Part shown: one piece after another, positions 56,309-64,000 of the stretch
How positions within the stretch are numbered: the stretch's first letter is position 1
Layout of the letters: each line of letters starts with the position of its first letter
Assembly (NCBI GenBank): GCA_051418015.1
Contig: JBPRGF010000023.1
Coordinates: 224,001-288,000 of the forward strand
Source of the DNA: Candidatus Nitrospinota bacterium M3_3B_026
Lineage (GTDB): Bacteria > Nitrospinota_A > UBA7883 > JBPRGF01
DNA length: 64,000 nucleotides
Direction: 5' to 3'
The notes under the pieces: generated by a model
The model's input: only the letters and a program-made list of their open reading frames with translations
Told to the model about the DNA's origin: nothing
Database searches by the model: none
Position numbers and translations under genes: made by a program

Positions 56309-58377
56309 CAAGTGTCAGGACTTTCGGTCTGTTCGTGATTGTCGCCTTATCCGTCCTGCCCCCGGGGCCGAAGGCCTCCACGGCCCAGGATACGCTGTCG
56401 TCCCCCGCAAGCCGGGAGGCCGCCGCCACGCCTCCGCTGCCCAAGCCCGGGGAGAAGGTGAACATAGACTTCAACGAGGCGGACATCAAGGTGGTGGCAA
56501 AGTTCATAGCCGAGCTGACGGGCCGCAACTTCGTTATCGACGAGAAGGTCCGCGGCAAGGTGACCATCATCTCCCCGAAAAAGGTGACCGCCGAGGAGGC
56601 CATGAGGGTCTTCGAGTCCACGCTGGAGGTCTACGGCTACACGCTGGTGGAGGCGGGGGCTGTGACAAAGATAATCCCCGCCACGGAGGCCCGCCAGCGC
56701 GGCTCGTTCACCACGAAGCCCAGCCAGCCCGGCGACAGGATGGTGATAAGGCTCATACCCTTGAAGTACGTCAAGGCTGACGAGATGGTGAACATCCTGC
56801 GCCCACTGGTGCCGCCTTACAGCTACATCACCGCCTATTCCAGCACAAACACACTTATCCTGGCCGACTACGAGTCCAACGCGGCCAAGATAGTGGGCAT
56901 CACCGAAAGGCTGGACGCCCCCGGCCACGAGGAGGTGGTCAGCGTCGTTCACCTGAACTACGCCGGGGCTAAGGAGACGGCGGAAAAGCTGGAGAAACTC
57001 TACGGCGACGGCGGCAGGAAACTGGCCCAGCGCGGGCGCCCCTCCCCTCCCGGCGCCCCCCCTGGAGCCCAGGAGGCGGGGGAGCCGCAGATCATACCGG
57101 ATGACAGGATAAACGCCCTCATCGTGGTGGCGAGCAGAAAACAGACCGACCAGATAATCTCCCTCATAGAACAACTCGACATCAAGCCGCCCGTGGGAAG
57201 CCGCAGGATCAACGTCTACTACCTGAAAAACGCCGACGCCGAGGAGATCGCCAAGGTGCTCAACAACATAACCGGCGAGAAAGGCGCCGCCGCGCCAGGA
57301 AAGCCCGGCCAGCCGCCCACGGGGGCGGTGCGGCTGGGGGGTGAAGTAAGCGTAACTCCCGACAGGGCTACGAACTCGCTGGTTATCACGGCTTCCGTGG
57401 AGGATTACGAGACCCTTACGGAAGTGATCGAAAAGCTGGACACGCGCCGAAGCCAGGTCTTCGTGGAGGCGCTCATAATGGAAGTGACCACGGACAAGAC
57501 GCGCCAGTTCGGCGTCGAGTGGCGGACAACCTCCAACTTCACCGAGTCCGGCGTCCAGGGGATAGGTGGAACCAACTTCGGGAACATCAACACCGTCGCC
57601 CAGGACCCCCTCTCCGCGCCGCCGGGCCTGACCATCGGCGTGGTGGACGGAGTGATAAGCTACGCCGGCAAGGAGTTTCTGAACCTGGGAGCCTTGATCC
57701 ACGCCCTCCAGGCCGAGACGGGGATAAACATTCTGTCCACGCCCAACATCATGACAACCGACAACGAGGAAGCGGAGATCATGGTGGGGCAGAACGTACC
57801 CTTCGTCACCGGCCAGTCCCAGAGCGCCGGGGGCACGACCCTTACCACGATAGAGCGCAAGAACATCGGCATCACCCTGAGGATAACGCCGCAGATATCG
57901 GAGTCCGACAACGTCAAGCTCAATGTCTACCAGGAGATATCCTCCATAGCCCCCACACAGCTTGAAAAGGCCAAGGACCTCATAACCTTCACCAGGTCCG
58001 TGAAAACCACGGTCATAGTGCACGATGAACAGAACATAGTCCTCGGCGGGCTTATCCGGGACGACACGAACGACTCGGAATCCAAAGTCCCCGGCCTGGG
58101 CGACGTGCCGCTTTTCGGCTGGCTGTTCAAGGCCAAGTCCAAGAAAAAACAGAAGACGAACCTGCTCGTCTTCCTCACGCCCCATATAATCAGAAGCGAC
58201 ACCGACGTGGACAGGATAACCAGCCAGCGCTCCGAGCTCATGGAGATGGCGCCGGAGGCGGGAGAGTTCGGCGGGGCTGTGCAGGAGAGGAAAAACGGAA
58301 CGCCGGCCCCGGAAGAGGAGGAAAAGGCCGGGGACGACGACTCCCCCGGTATATGGGAAGACCCGCTGACGTTCTGA
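56305..58377 (+). CDS. gspD: Type II secretion system secretin D
   Basis: N0 (FNEADI...TGRNFVIDEKVRGKVTI), N1-N3 repeats, QVFVEALIMEV, LSTP...DNEEA and KVPGLGDVPLFGWLF. Confidence 0.96.
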   Translation: MTSVRTFGLFVIVALSVLPPGPKASTAQDTLSSPASREAAATPPLPKPGEKVNIDFNEADIKVVAKFIAELTGRNFVIDEKVRGKVTIISPKKVTAEEAMRVFESTLEVYGYTLVEAGAVTKIIPATEARQRGSFTTKPSQPGDRMVIRLIPLKYVKADEMVNILRPLVPPYSYITAYSSTNTLILADYESNAAKIVGITERLDAPGHEEVVSVVHLNYAGAKETAEKLEKLYGDGGRKLAQRGRPSPPGAPPGAQEAGEPQIIPDDRINALIVVASRKQTDQIISLIEQLDIKPPVGSRRINVYYLKNADAEEIAKVLNNITGEKGAAAPGKPGQPPTGAVRLGGEVSVTPDRATNSLVITASVEDYETLTEVIEKLDTRRSQVFVEALIMEVTTDKTRQFGVEWRTTSNFTESGVQGIGGTNFGNINTVAQDPLSAPPGLTIGVVDGVISYAGKEFLNLGALIHALQAETGINILSTPNIMTTDNEEAEIMVGQNVPFVTGQSQSAGGTTLTTIERKNIGITLRITPQISESDNVKLNVYQEISSIAPTQLEKAKDLITFTRSVKTTVIVHDEQNIVLGGLIRDDTNDSESKVPGLGDVPLFGWLFKAKSKKKQKTNLLVFLTPHIIRSDTDVDRITSQRSELMEMAPEAGEFGGAVQERKNGTPAPEEEEKAGDDDSPGIWEDPLTF

Positions 58378-58381
58378 GGCC

Positions 58382-60004
58382 ATGGAGAACGATACGCCAA
58401 AAACGCAGACAAACGGCCGGGAACGGCGCCCCGCGGGGATGAGCCGCGGCGAGCTGGCCGCGCTGGCGGAGAGGCTCGGCTATGAATGGCTGGACGATAT
58501 CGACGTCGAGGAGCTGGACCTCGACCTTTTCTCCAGAACGTCCTTCCAGTTCGCGCGGGCCAGCCTGGTCTTGCCGCTCAGGGAAGAGGAGGCCGAGCTG
58601 GTCGTGGCGACGGCGCGCCCGCTGGATGTCCAACCGCTGGACGATCTGCGGCTGCTTTACGGGAAGCCGGTGAAAATAGCCGTGGCGGACGAGCAAACGC
58701 TGACGGACGCCATAAACAAAGCATACGACATGTCCGCCAACACCGCCAGGGAGATCATAGACAACATCACCGAGGAGGAGGACATAAACCAGCTCGTCCA
58801 CGGCCTGCCGGAGGACCTGCTGGAGACCTCCGAGGAGGCGCCGGTCATACGCCTGGTCAACTCCGTCCTGGTCCAGGCCGCAAAGGAGAGGGCCTCGGAC
58901 ATACACGTGGAGCCATACGAACGCGACCTGGTGGTGCGTCTGCGCGTGGACGGCTCCCTGCGGGACGTGGCCCATCCGCCGAAGAGCCTGCAGCCGCTCA
59001 TCGTCTCAAGGATAAAGGTCATGGCCGGGCTGGACATCGCCGAGAAACGCCTGCCCCAGGACGGCAGGCTCAAGATAGTGATCGCCGGAAAGGATATCGA
59101 CATCAGGATAAGCGTCATCCCCACGTCCCACGGCGAACGGGTGGTCATGCGCCTTCTGGACAAGTCGTCCATGCTCCTTGGATTCAAAAACATCGGCATG
59201 AAAGGGCAAGTCGAAAAAGATTTCAAAAAACTCATCCAGGCGCCGCACGGGATCCTCCTCGTCTGCGGCCCGACAGGCTCCGGCAAGACCACGACGCTGT
59301 ACACCGCCCTGAGCCACATAAACTCCCCCGACAAGAACATAATCACCGTGGAGGACCCTGTCGAGTATCAGCTGAAGGGAATTGGCCAGATGCAGGTGAA
59401 CACGAAAATAGGGCTGACCTTCGCCTCCGGCCTTCGCTCGATCCTCAGGCAGGACCCGGACATCATCATGGTCGGCGAGATACGCGACCTGGAGACGGCC
59501 CAGATAGCCGTCCAGGCGTCGCTGACGGGTCACCTGGTCTTCTCCACCCTCCACACCAACGACGCCGCAGGGGCCGTCACGAGGCTGGAGGACATGGGGA
59601 TAGAGCCTTTTCTGATATCGTCCTCCCTGCTCGGCGTGATGGCCCAGAGGCTGGCGCGCGTCCTCTGCCCGGCGTGCCGCAGACCATACAAACCAGAGCC
59701 GGAGCATCTCCGGGAACTGGGGCTGAGTCCCGCCTTCGCCCCCGCCGGCGCGGTCTTCCATCATCCCGCCGGGTGCGAAAAGTGCGCCGGGTCGGGCTAC
59801 AGGGGGCGCGTGGGGATATTCGAGCTTCTCATGGTGGACGAGAATATCCGCTCGCTGATCCTGAAAGGCGCCGACGCCACGGGTATAAGGAAAACGGCCG
59901 CTGGAAAAGGATTCAGGACCATGCGCGAATACGGGGCCTCCCTGGCCCTGGAGGGGGTAACATCGCTGGAAGAGGTCGCCCGCGTCACGGCGGACGCTGA
60001 CTGA
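58382..60004 (+). CDS. gspE: Type II secretion system ATPase E
   Basis: ASDIHVEP, RLPQDGR, GPTGSGKTTTLY, LRQDPD..MVGEIRD, TGHLVFSTLHTN and a tetra-Cys motif. Confidence 0.96.
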   Translation: MENDTPKTQTNGRERRPAGMSRGELAALAERLGYEWLDDIDVEELDLDLFSRTSFQFARASLVLPLREEEAELVVATARPLDVQPLDDLRLLYGKPVKIAVADEQTLTDAINKAYDMSANTAREIIDNITEEEDINQLVHGLPEDLLETSEEAPVIRLVNSVLVQAAKERASDIHVEPYERDLVVRLRVDGSLRDVAHPPKSLQPLIVSRIKVMAGLDIAEKRLPQDGRLKIVIAGKDIDIRISVIPTSHGERVVMRLLDKSSMLLGFKNIGMKGQVEKDFKKLIQAPHGILLVCGPTGSGKTTTLYTALSHINSPDKNIITVEDPVEYQLKGIGQMQVNTKIGLTFASGLRSILRQDPDIIMVGEIRDLETAQIAVQASLTGHLVFSTLHTNDAAGAVTRLEDMGIEPFLISSSLLGVMAQRLARVLCPACRRPYKPEPEHLRELGLSPAFAPAGAVFHHPAGCEKCAGSGYRGRVGIFELLMVDENIRSLILKGADATGIRKTAAGKGFRTMREYGASLALEGVTSLEEVARVTADAD

Positions 60005-60014
60005 GGTTTTTGTC

Positions 60015-61232
60015 ATGGCGGTATACGAGTACCAGGGATACGACACGAAAGGCAAAAGAGCCTCCGGCGTGGTGGACGCCGAGAGCCCCAGGGTGGCCAG
60101 AATGAAACTGCGCCGCCAGGGGATCCTCGCCTCGAAGGTGACCTCCGCCTCCGAAAAAAGCGGCATCCTCAAAAGCCCCGTCGGCGCCCTTTTCAGCAGA
60201 ATAGGCGCGAAAGACCTGGCCGCCTTCACGCGGCACTTGTCCACACTGCTGGCGGGAGGGCTGACCCTCGTGGACTCGCTCGACTCCCTGCGCGAGCAGA
60301 CCCAGAACACCGCCTTCAAAAAAGTGGTCACGGACATCCGCGACAACGTGGCGCAGGGGTCGTCGCTCGCCGACGCGCTCTCAAGGCATCCCGGCCAGTT
60401 CGACGCGCTGTACGTGAACCTCGTCCGCGCGGGCGAGGCCACCGGGGCGCTGGACCGGACGCTGCGCAGGCTGGCGGAGTTCAACGAGGAGAGGCTCAAA
60501 AGCAGGCGCAAGGTGACGGCGGCGATGATATACCCGGCCATCATGACGGTGGTGGGGGCCGGCGTCCTGCTTTTCCTGCTCGCCTCCGTAATGCCGAAGA
60601 TACAGACCATATTCGAGGACACCCGCCAGGCCCTGCCCCTGCCGACGGTTTTCCTGCTGTGGTTGTCGGATTTTCTGGCGTCCTGGTGGCCAGGACTCGT
60701 CCTGGCGGCGGCCCTTTCGGCCTACGGCCTGCGCCGGTATGCCAGGACGGAAAAGGGCCGGGCGAGGATGGACAGGGCGCTCTTGCGCCTGCCTCTTTTC
60801 GGGGAGCTTGTCCGCGCGGCGGCGATAGCGCGCTTCTCCAGGGCGCTGTCCACGCTGCTGGCGGGGGGCGTGACGCTGGTGGAGGCGATGCGCGTTACGG
60901 GGCGGATCGCCGGCAACACGCAGCTCAGGGAAGCCATAGACCAGGCCATCGTGAACATCACCGAAGGGGAGGCGATGGCGGACCCCTTCAGGCGCTCGGG
61001 CCTTTTTCCCCCGCTGGTGACGCAGATGATAGACGCCGGCGAGCGCTCCGGGTCGCTCACGGAGATGCTGGAGAAGATAGCCGACGCCTACGACTTCGAG
61101 GTGGAAACCAGCGTGGCGACGCTGACGTCGCTCGTGGAGCCGGCGCTGATCCTTGTCATGGGCGGCGCGGTCGGCTTCATCGTGATGGCGATACTGCTCC
61201 CCATATTCGAGCTGAGCCAGCTTACGGGATGA
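60015..61232 (+). CDS. gspF: Type II secretion system inner-membrane protein F
   Basis: FTRHLSTLL, GEATGAL, AMIYP, GERSGSL and LVEPALI. Confidence 0.95.
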   Translation: MAVYEYQGYDTKGKRASGVVDAESPRVARMKLRRQGILASKVTSASEKSGILKSPVGALFSRIGAKDLAAFTRHLSTLLAGGLTLVDSLDSLREQTQNTAFKKVVTDIRDNVAQGSSLADALSRHPGQFDALYVNLVRAGEATGALDRTLRRLAEFNEERLKSRRKVTAAMIYPAIMTVVGAGVLLFLLASVMPKIQTIFEDTRQALPLPTVFLLWLSDFLASWWPGLVLAAALSAYGLRRYARTEKGRARMDRALLRLPLFGELVRAAAIARFSRALSTLLAGGVTLVEAMRVTGRIAGNTQLREAIDQAIVNITEGEAMADPFRRSGLFPPLVTQMIDAGERSGSLTEMLEKIADAYDFEVETSVATLTSLVEPALILVMGGAVGFIVMAILLPIFELSQLTG

Positions 61233-61256
61233 AACTAGCATGAGGATGGAAAAGTG

Positions 61257-61697
61257 ATGAGAAGAAAAAACGCCGTGAAAAACTCCGGTTTCACGCTGAT
61301 CGAGGTGCTTGTGGTGGTGGTCATCCTCGGCATCCTGGCGGCGGTGATCGTCCCCAGGATAATGGGCAGGCCCGAGGAGGCCCGGCGAACGAAGGCGGCC
61401 GTGGACATAAGGTCCATAGAGACCGCCCTCAGCCTTTATAAAATAGACAACGGCATATACCCCTCCACCGAGCAGGGGCTGTCCGCCCTGGTGGAAAAAC
61501 CGGCCACTGGCGAGATACCCAGGAAATGGCGCGAGGGAGGGTACCTCGACAAGATCCCGAAAGACCCCTGGGGCGCCGAGTATGTCTACCTCTCCCCCGG
61601 CGCCCACGGGGACTATGACCTCTCCTCCTACGGCGCCGACGGCGAACAGGGGGGCGAGGGCCGGTACGCGGACATCAACAACTGGGAGATCGAGTGA
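61257..61697 (+). CDS. gspG: Type II secretion major pseudopilin G
   Basis: G|FTLIE prepilin site, [17 protein letters not shown] and SYGADG..GGEG..ADI. Confidence 0.96.
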   Translation: MRRKNAVKNSGFTLIEVLVVVVILGILAAVIVPRIMGRPEEARRTKAAVDIRSIETALSLYKIDNGIYPSTEQGLSALVEKPATGEIPRKWREGGYLDKIPKDPWGAEYVYLSPGAHGDYDLSSYGADGEQGGEGRYADINNWEIE

Positions 61698-61703
61698 TTT
61701 TTC

Positions 61704-62216
61704 ATGCGAAGACGTGGAGGGTTCACCCTCATAGAACTGATAATCGTGATGGTCATCATCGGCGTCCTGGCCGGGATGACGATACCGCGGCTGCCGGACG
61801 TCACCGCCTCCAGGCTCAAGTACGCGTCGCGGAGGATCGCCGGGACCATCACCTATCTTTACGACCGCGCGGCGGGCGCCCAGCTCGTCCTGCGGCTGAC
61901 ATTCGACATGGAGAAGAACGAGTACTACGTCTCCCTTCTGAACACCGAAAACCAGTTCGAGGAGACCTCCTTCGCCTTCGCCAAAAGGAAGAGCCCGCCC
62001 TGGAGCGTGAGGGTGACCGGCGCGACGACGGCCACGCAGGGGGAGGTCGCCAAAGGCAAGGCGGTGGTCCATTTCTTCCCCAGCGGATACGTGGAGCCAG
62101 CCGTGATCCATCTCGAAGACAACGCCGGGAACGAGATGACGCTCATAACCCACCCTCTCACCGGCAGGGTGAGGATACTGGAGGGATACCATGACGTGGA
62201 AAGGCCGCAAGCTTGA
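61704..62216 (+). CDS. gspH: Type II secretion minor pseudopilin H
   Basis: G|FTLIE prepilin site, FFPSG motif and position after gspG. Confidence 0.82.
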   Translation: MRRRGGFTLIELIIVMVIIGVLAGMTIPRLPDVTASRLKYASRRIAGTITYLYDRAAGAQLVLRLTFDMEKNEYYVSLLNTENQFEETSFAFAKRKSPPWSVRVTGATTATQGEVAKGKAVVHFFPSGYVEPAVIHLEDNAGNEMTLITHPLTGRVRILEGYHDVERPQA

Positions 62217-62589
62217 CGGAAAAGGCTTCACGCTGCTGGAGATCATGGTTTCCCTGACGATCCTGTCCATAGCGCTGGTTACGCTGCTGGCGGCGCAGAA
62301 CAGGGCGCTGATCATGAACGCCGAGGCCAGGACGCTCACCGACGCGGTGACCCTGGCCAGAGAGGAGATGGAGAGGCTCCACATCGAGCCCCTGCCGGAG
62401 CCGGGCGTATCGGACAGCAAAAAGAGGGACGACTACCCCGCCTTCGAGTGGCGGACGGAGATCACACAGACCCCCTTCGAGAACGTGTGGGAGGCGCGGC
62501 TTCACGTCTATTACGCCGGCGAGGAGGAGGGGCGGAGCCTCTTTTCCCTGCGGACATACGTGGAGAGGGAAAGAGAGGAACGGCTGTGA
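62191..62589 (+). CDS. gspI: Type II secretion minor pseudopilin I
   Basis: G|FTLLEIMVSL prepilin site, 132 aa, and operon position. Confidence 0.82.
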   Translation: MTWKGRKLDGKGFTLLEIMVSLTILSIALVTLLAAQNRALIMNAEARTLTDAVTLAREEMERLHIEPLPEPGVSDSKKRDDYPAFEWRTEITQTPFENVWEARLHVYYAGEEEGRSLFSLRTYVEREREERL

Positions 62590-63212
62590 ACCGGAAAGGC
62601 TTCACCCTCCTTGAGGCGCTGGTGGCCTCGGCCATCCTCTCCCTCATCGCCGCCATGGTCTTCGGCGCGTTCAGGGGCGCCCTCGAGGCCGGAGCGGGCG
62701 AGGAGGAGCGCTCGGAGCTTTACCACACCTCGAGGTTTATCATCCGCAAGCTCACCGAGGACCTGGCCTCGGCCTCGCTCCTGCTCCATAACGCGAACGG
62801 GCGCTTCGACGGGACGGACGGCGGCGGCGAAGAGGGGGAGGCCGACGAAATACGATTCACCGGTTTCGGGCGCAGGATACTTTTCGCAGGCTACGGCTCG
62901 GACCAGGCCAGGATAGCCTGGCGCGTGGTCTCCGGGCCGGCGGACACCCGAAAAATCCTCATGCGCAGCGAGGACCCGGACGTTCTCTCCCCGTCATGGC
63001 CGGACGAGCCGGCCGAGGACCTGGACGTCACGGAAAAGCTGCGGTCGTTCAACGTCCGGTACCTTTTCAAGGGCCAATGGCGCGACGAGTTCGAGTCCGA
63101 AAAGACAAACGCCCTGCCGGAGGCGGCGCTGGTGGAGTTTGTCCTGGAGGGCGAGGATGGCCGCTCCATCGCGAAAAGCGCGCTCATCAGCGTGGGGGGG
63201 GGCGCGTCATGA
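62586..63212 (+). CDS. gspJ: Type II secretion minor pseudopilin J
   Basis: GTG 62586 (GTGA overlap with gspI) gives (M)NRKG|FTLLEALVA; C-terminal W...LPEA. Confidence 0.85.
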   Translation: MNRKGFTLLEALVASAILSLIAAMVFGAFRGALEAGAGEEERSELYHTSRFIIRKLTEDLASASLLLHNANGRFDGTDGGGEEGEADEIRFTGFGRRILFAGYGSDQARIAWRVVSGPADTRKILMRSEDPDVLSPSWPDEPAEDLDVTEKLRSFNVRYLFKGQWRDEFESEKTNALPEAALVEFVLEGEDGRSIAKSALISVGGGAS

Positions 63213-64000
63213 CGGCTCTTCGTCCGCTGGAAAACAGGGACGGCATGGCGTTGATCCTGACGATCCTGGTGGTGGCGCTTCTCACCATCACCGTGTTCGG
63301 CCTTTTCCACCACTCGTGGATACAGTCCGCCCTGGCGGCCTCTTTCCGCGACGAGACGAAGGCGCTCTACGCCTCCCGCGCAGGCCAGATGGCGGCCCGG
63401 CTCATCCTCGTGGAGGACGCGAAAAACAACATACCCCGCGACGCCCTGACGGACGAGTGGGCCCAGGGGGCGATCCCCATACCCTTCGGCGAGGGGGAGT
63501 ACGTCTTCGTGACGATGATGGACGAGTCCGGCAAGCTCGACCTTAACCAGCTCACCTCCGGCCGGGGCTACCCGGCGCCCCGGTGGATAGAGATATTCCG
63601 CAGGCTGCTCGTCCTCCTGGAGCTGGACCCCGCCCTGGCCGACGCCGCCGTGGACTGGCTCGACGCGGACTCCATCCCCCTTCCCTCAGGCGCCGAGAGC
63701 CCGTATTACCAGTCGCTCAAGGACCCCTACCCGGCCAAGAACGGCAAGCTCGACTCCCTGGACGAGCTGGCGCTGGTGAAGGGCTTCGAGCCGAAGGTGA
63801 TAAACAGGATCAGGCCCTACGTGACCGTATGGTCGGACGGAAGGATAAACGCGAACACTGCCCCGCCTCTCGTCCTGCTAGCCCTCGATGAAAACATGAC
63901 GGAGCAGATGGCCCGGCAGATAGAGCGCGTCCGGGCGGAAAAGCCCTTCAACAGCAGGGGAGACATAAAACGCATCCCCGGCATGAAGGACATCTATCCC
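63209..64000 (+). CDS. gspK: Type II secretion minor pseudopilin K (3' end runs off the window)
   Basis: Absent from the ORF track. ATG 63209 gives MTALRPLENRDG|MALILTILVV...DEWA...DESGKLDLN...DWLDAD...GAE..YY...SLDELALVKG...INANTA. Confidence 0.92.
   Translation, partial: MTALRPLENRDGMALILTILVVALLTITVFGLFHHSWIQSALAASFRDETKALYASRAGQMAARLILVEDAKNNIPRDALTDEWAQGAIPIPFGEGEYVFVTMMDESGKLDLNQLTSGRGYPAPRWIEIFRRLLVLLELDPALADAAVDWLDADSIPLPSGAESPYYQSLKDPYPAKNGKLDSLDELALVKGFEPKVINRIRPYVTVWSDGRINANTAPPLVLLALDENMTEQMARQIERVRAEKPFNSRGDIKRIPGMKDIYP

Noticed and set aside
55373..64000. Type II secretion cluster as a novel system
   Set aside because: Gene order C-D-E-F-G-H-I-J-K and the motifs are canonical. 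No substrate can be inferred from this window.

Overview
This is a GC-rich, densely coding chromosomal segment from a Gram-negative (diderm) bacterium. Gene style resembles Desulfobacterota/Nitrospinota-like lineages, but that is inference only. About 57 CDSs are supported. Most are housekeeping or envelope genes (radA, glgP, rng, rnr, DAHP synthase, DinG/YoaA helicase, CBS-type tRNA nucleotidyltransferase, pgsA, bioB-bioF, rluD, lgt, selD, waaA, trpS), and a type II secretion operon gspC-K runs off the right edge. I found no rRNA, tRNA, CRISPR array, transposase or prophage gene. The main points of interest are: (1) a short Cyc2-like monoheme cytochrome-porin fusion; (2) a FecR protein / outer-membrane barrel / CHASE2 nucleotide cyclase operon that looks like a trans-envelope signalling module; (3) selD read through an in-frame UGA (selenocysteine) with a SECIS-like hairpin, which the ORF track truncates; (4) a SoxW-like thioredoxin-TolC-short adaptor trio with no inner-membrane pump; (5) a PanC homolog with a remodelled substrate pocket; (6) several structured leaders and candidate leaderless genes. 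All family calls come from motif recognition by eye, not from database searches.
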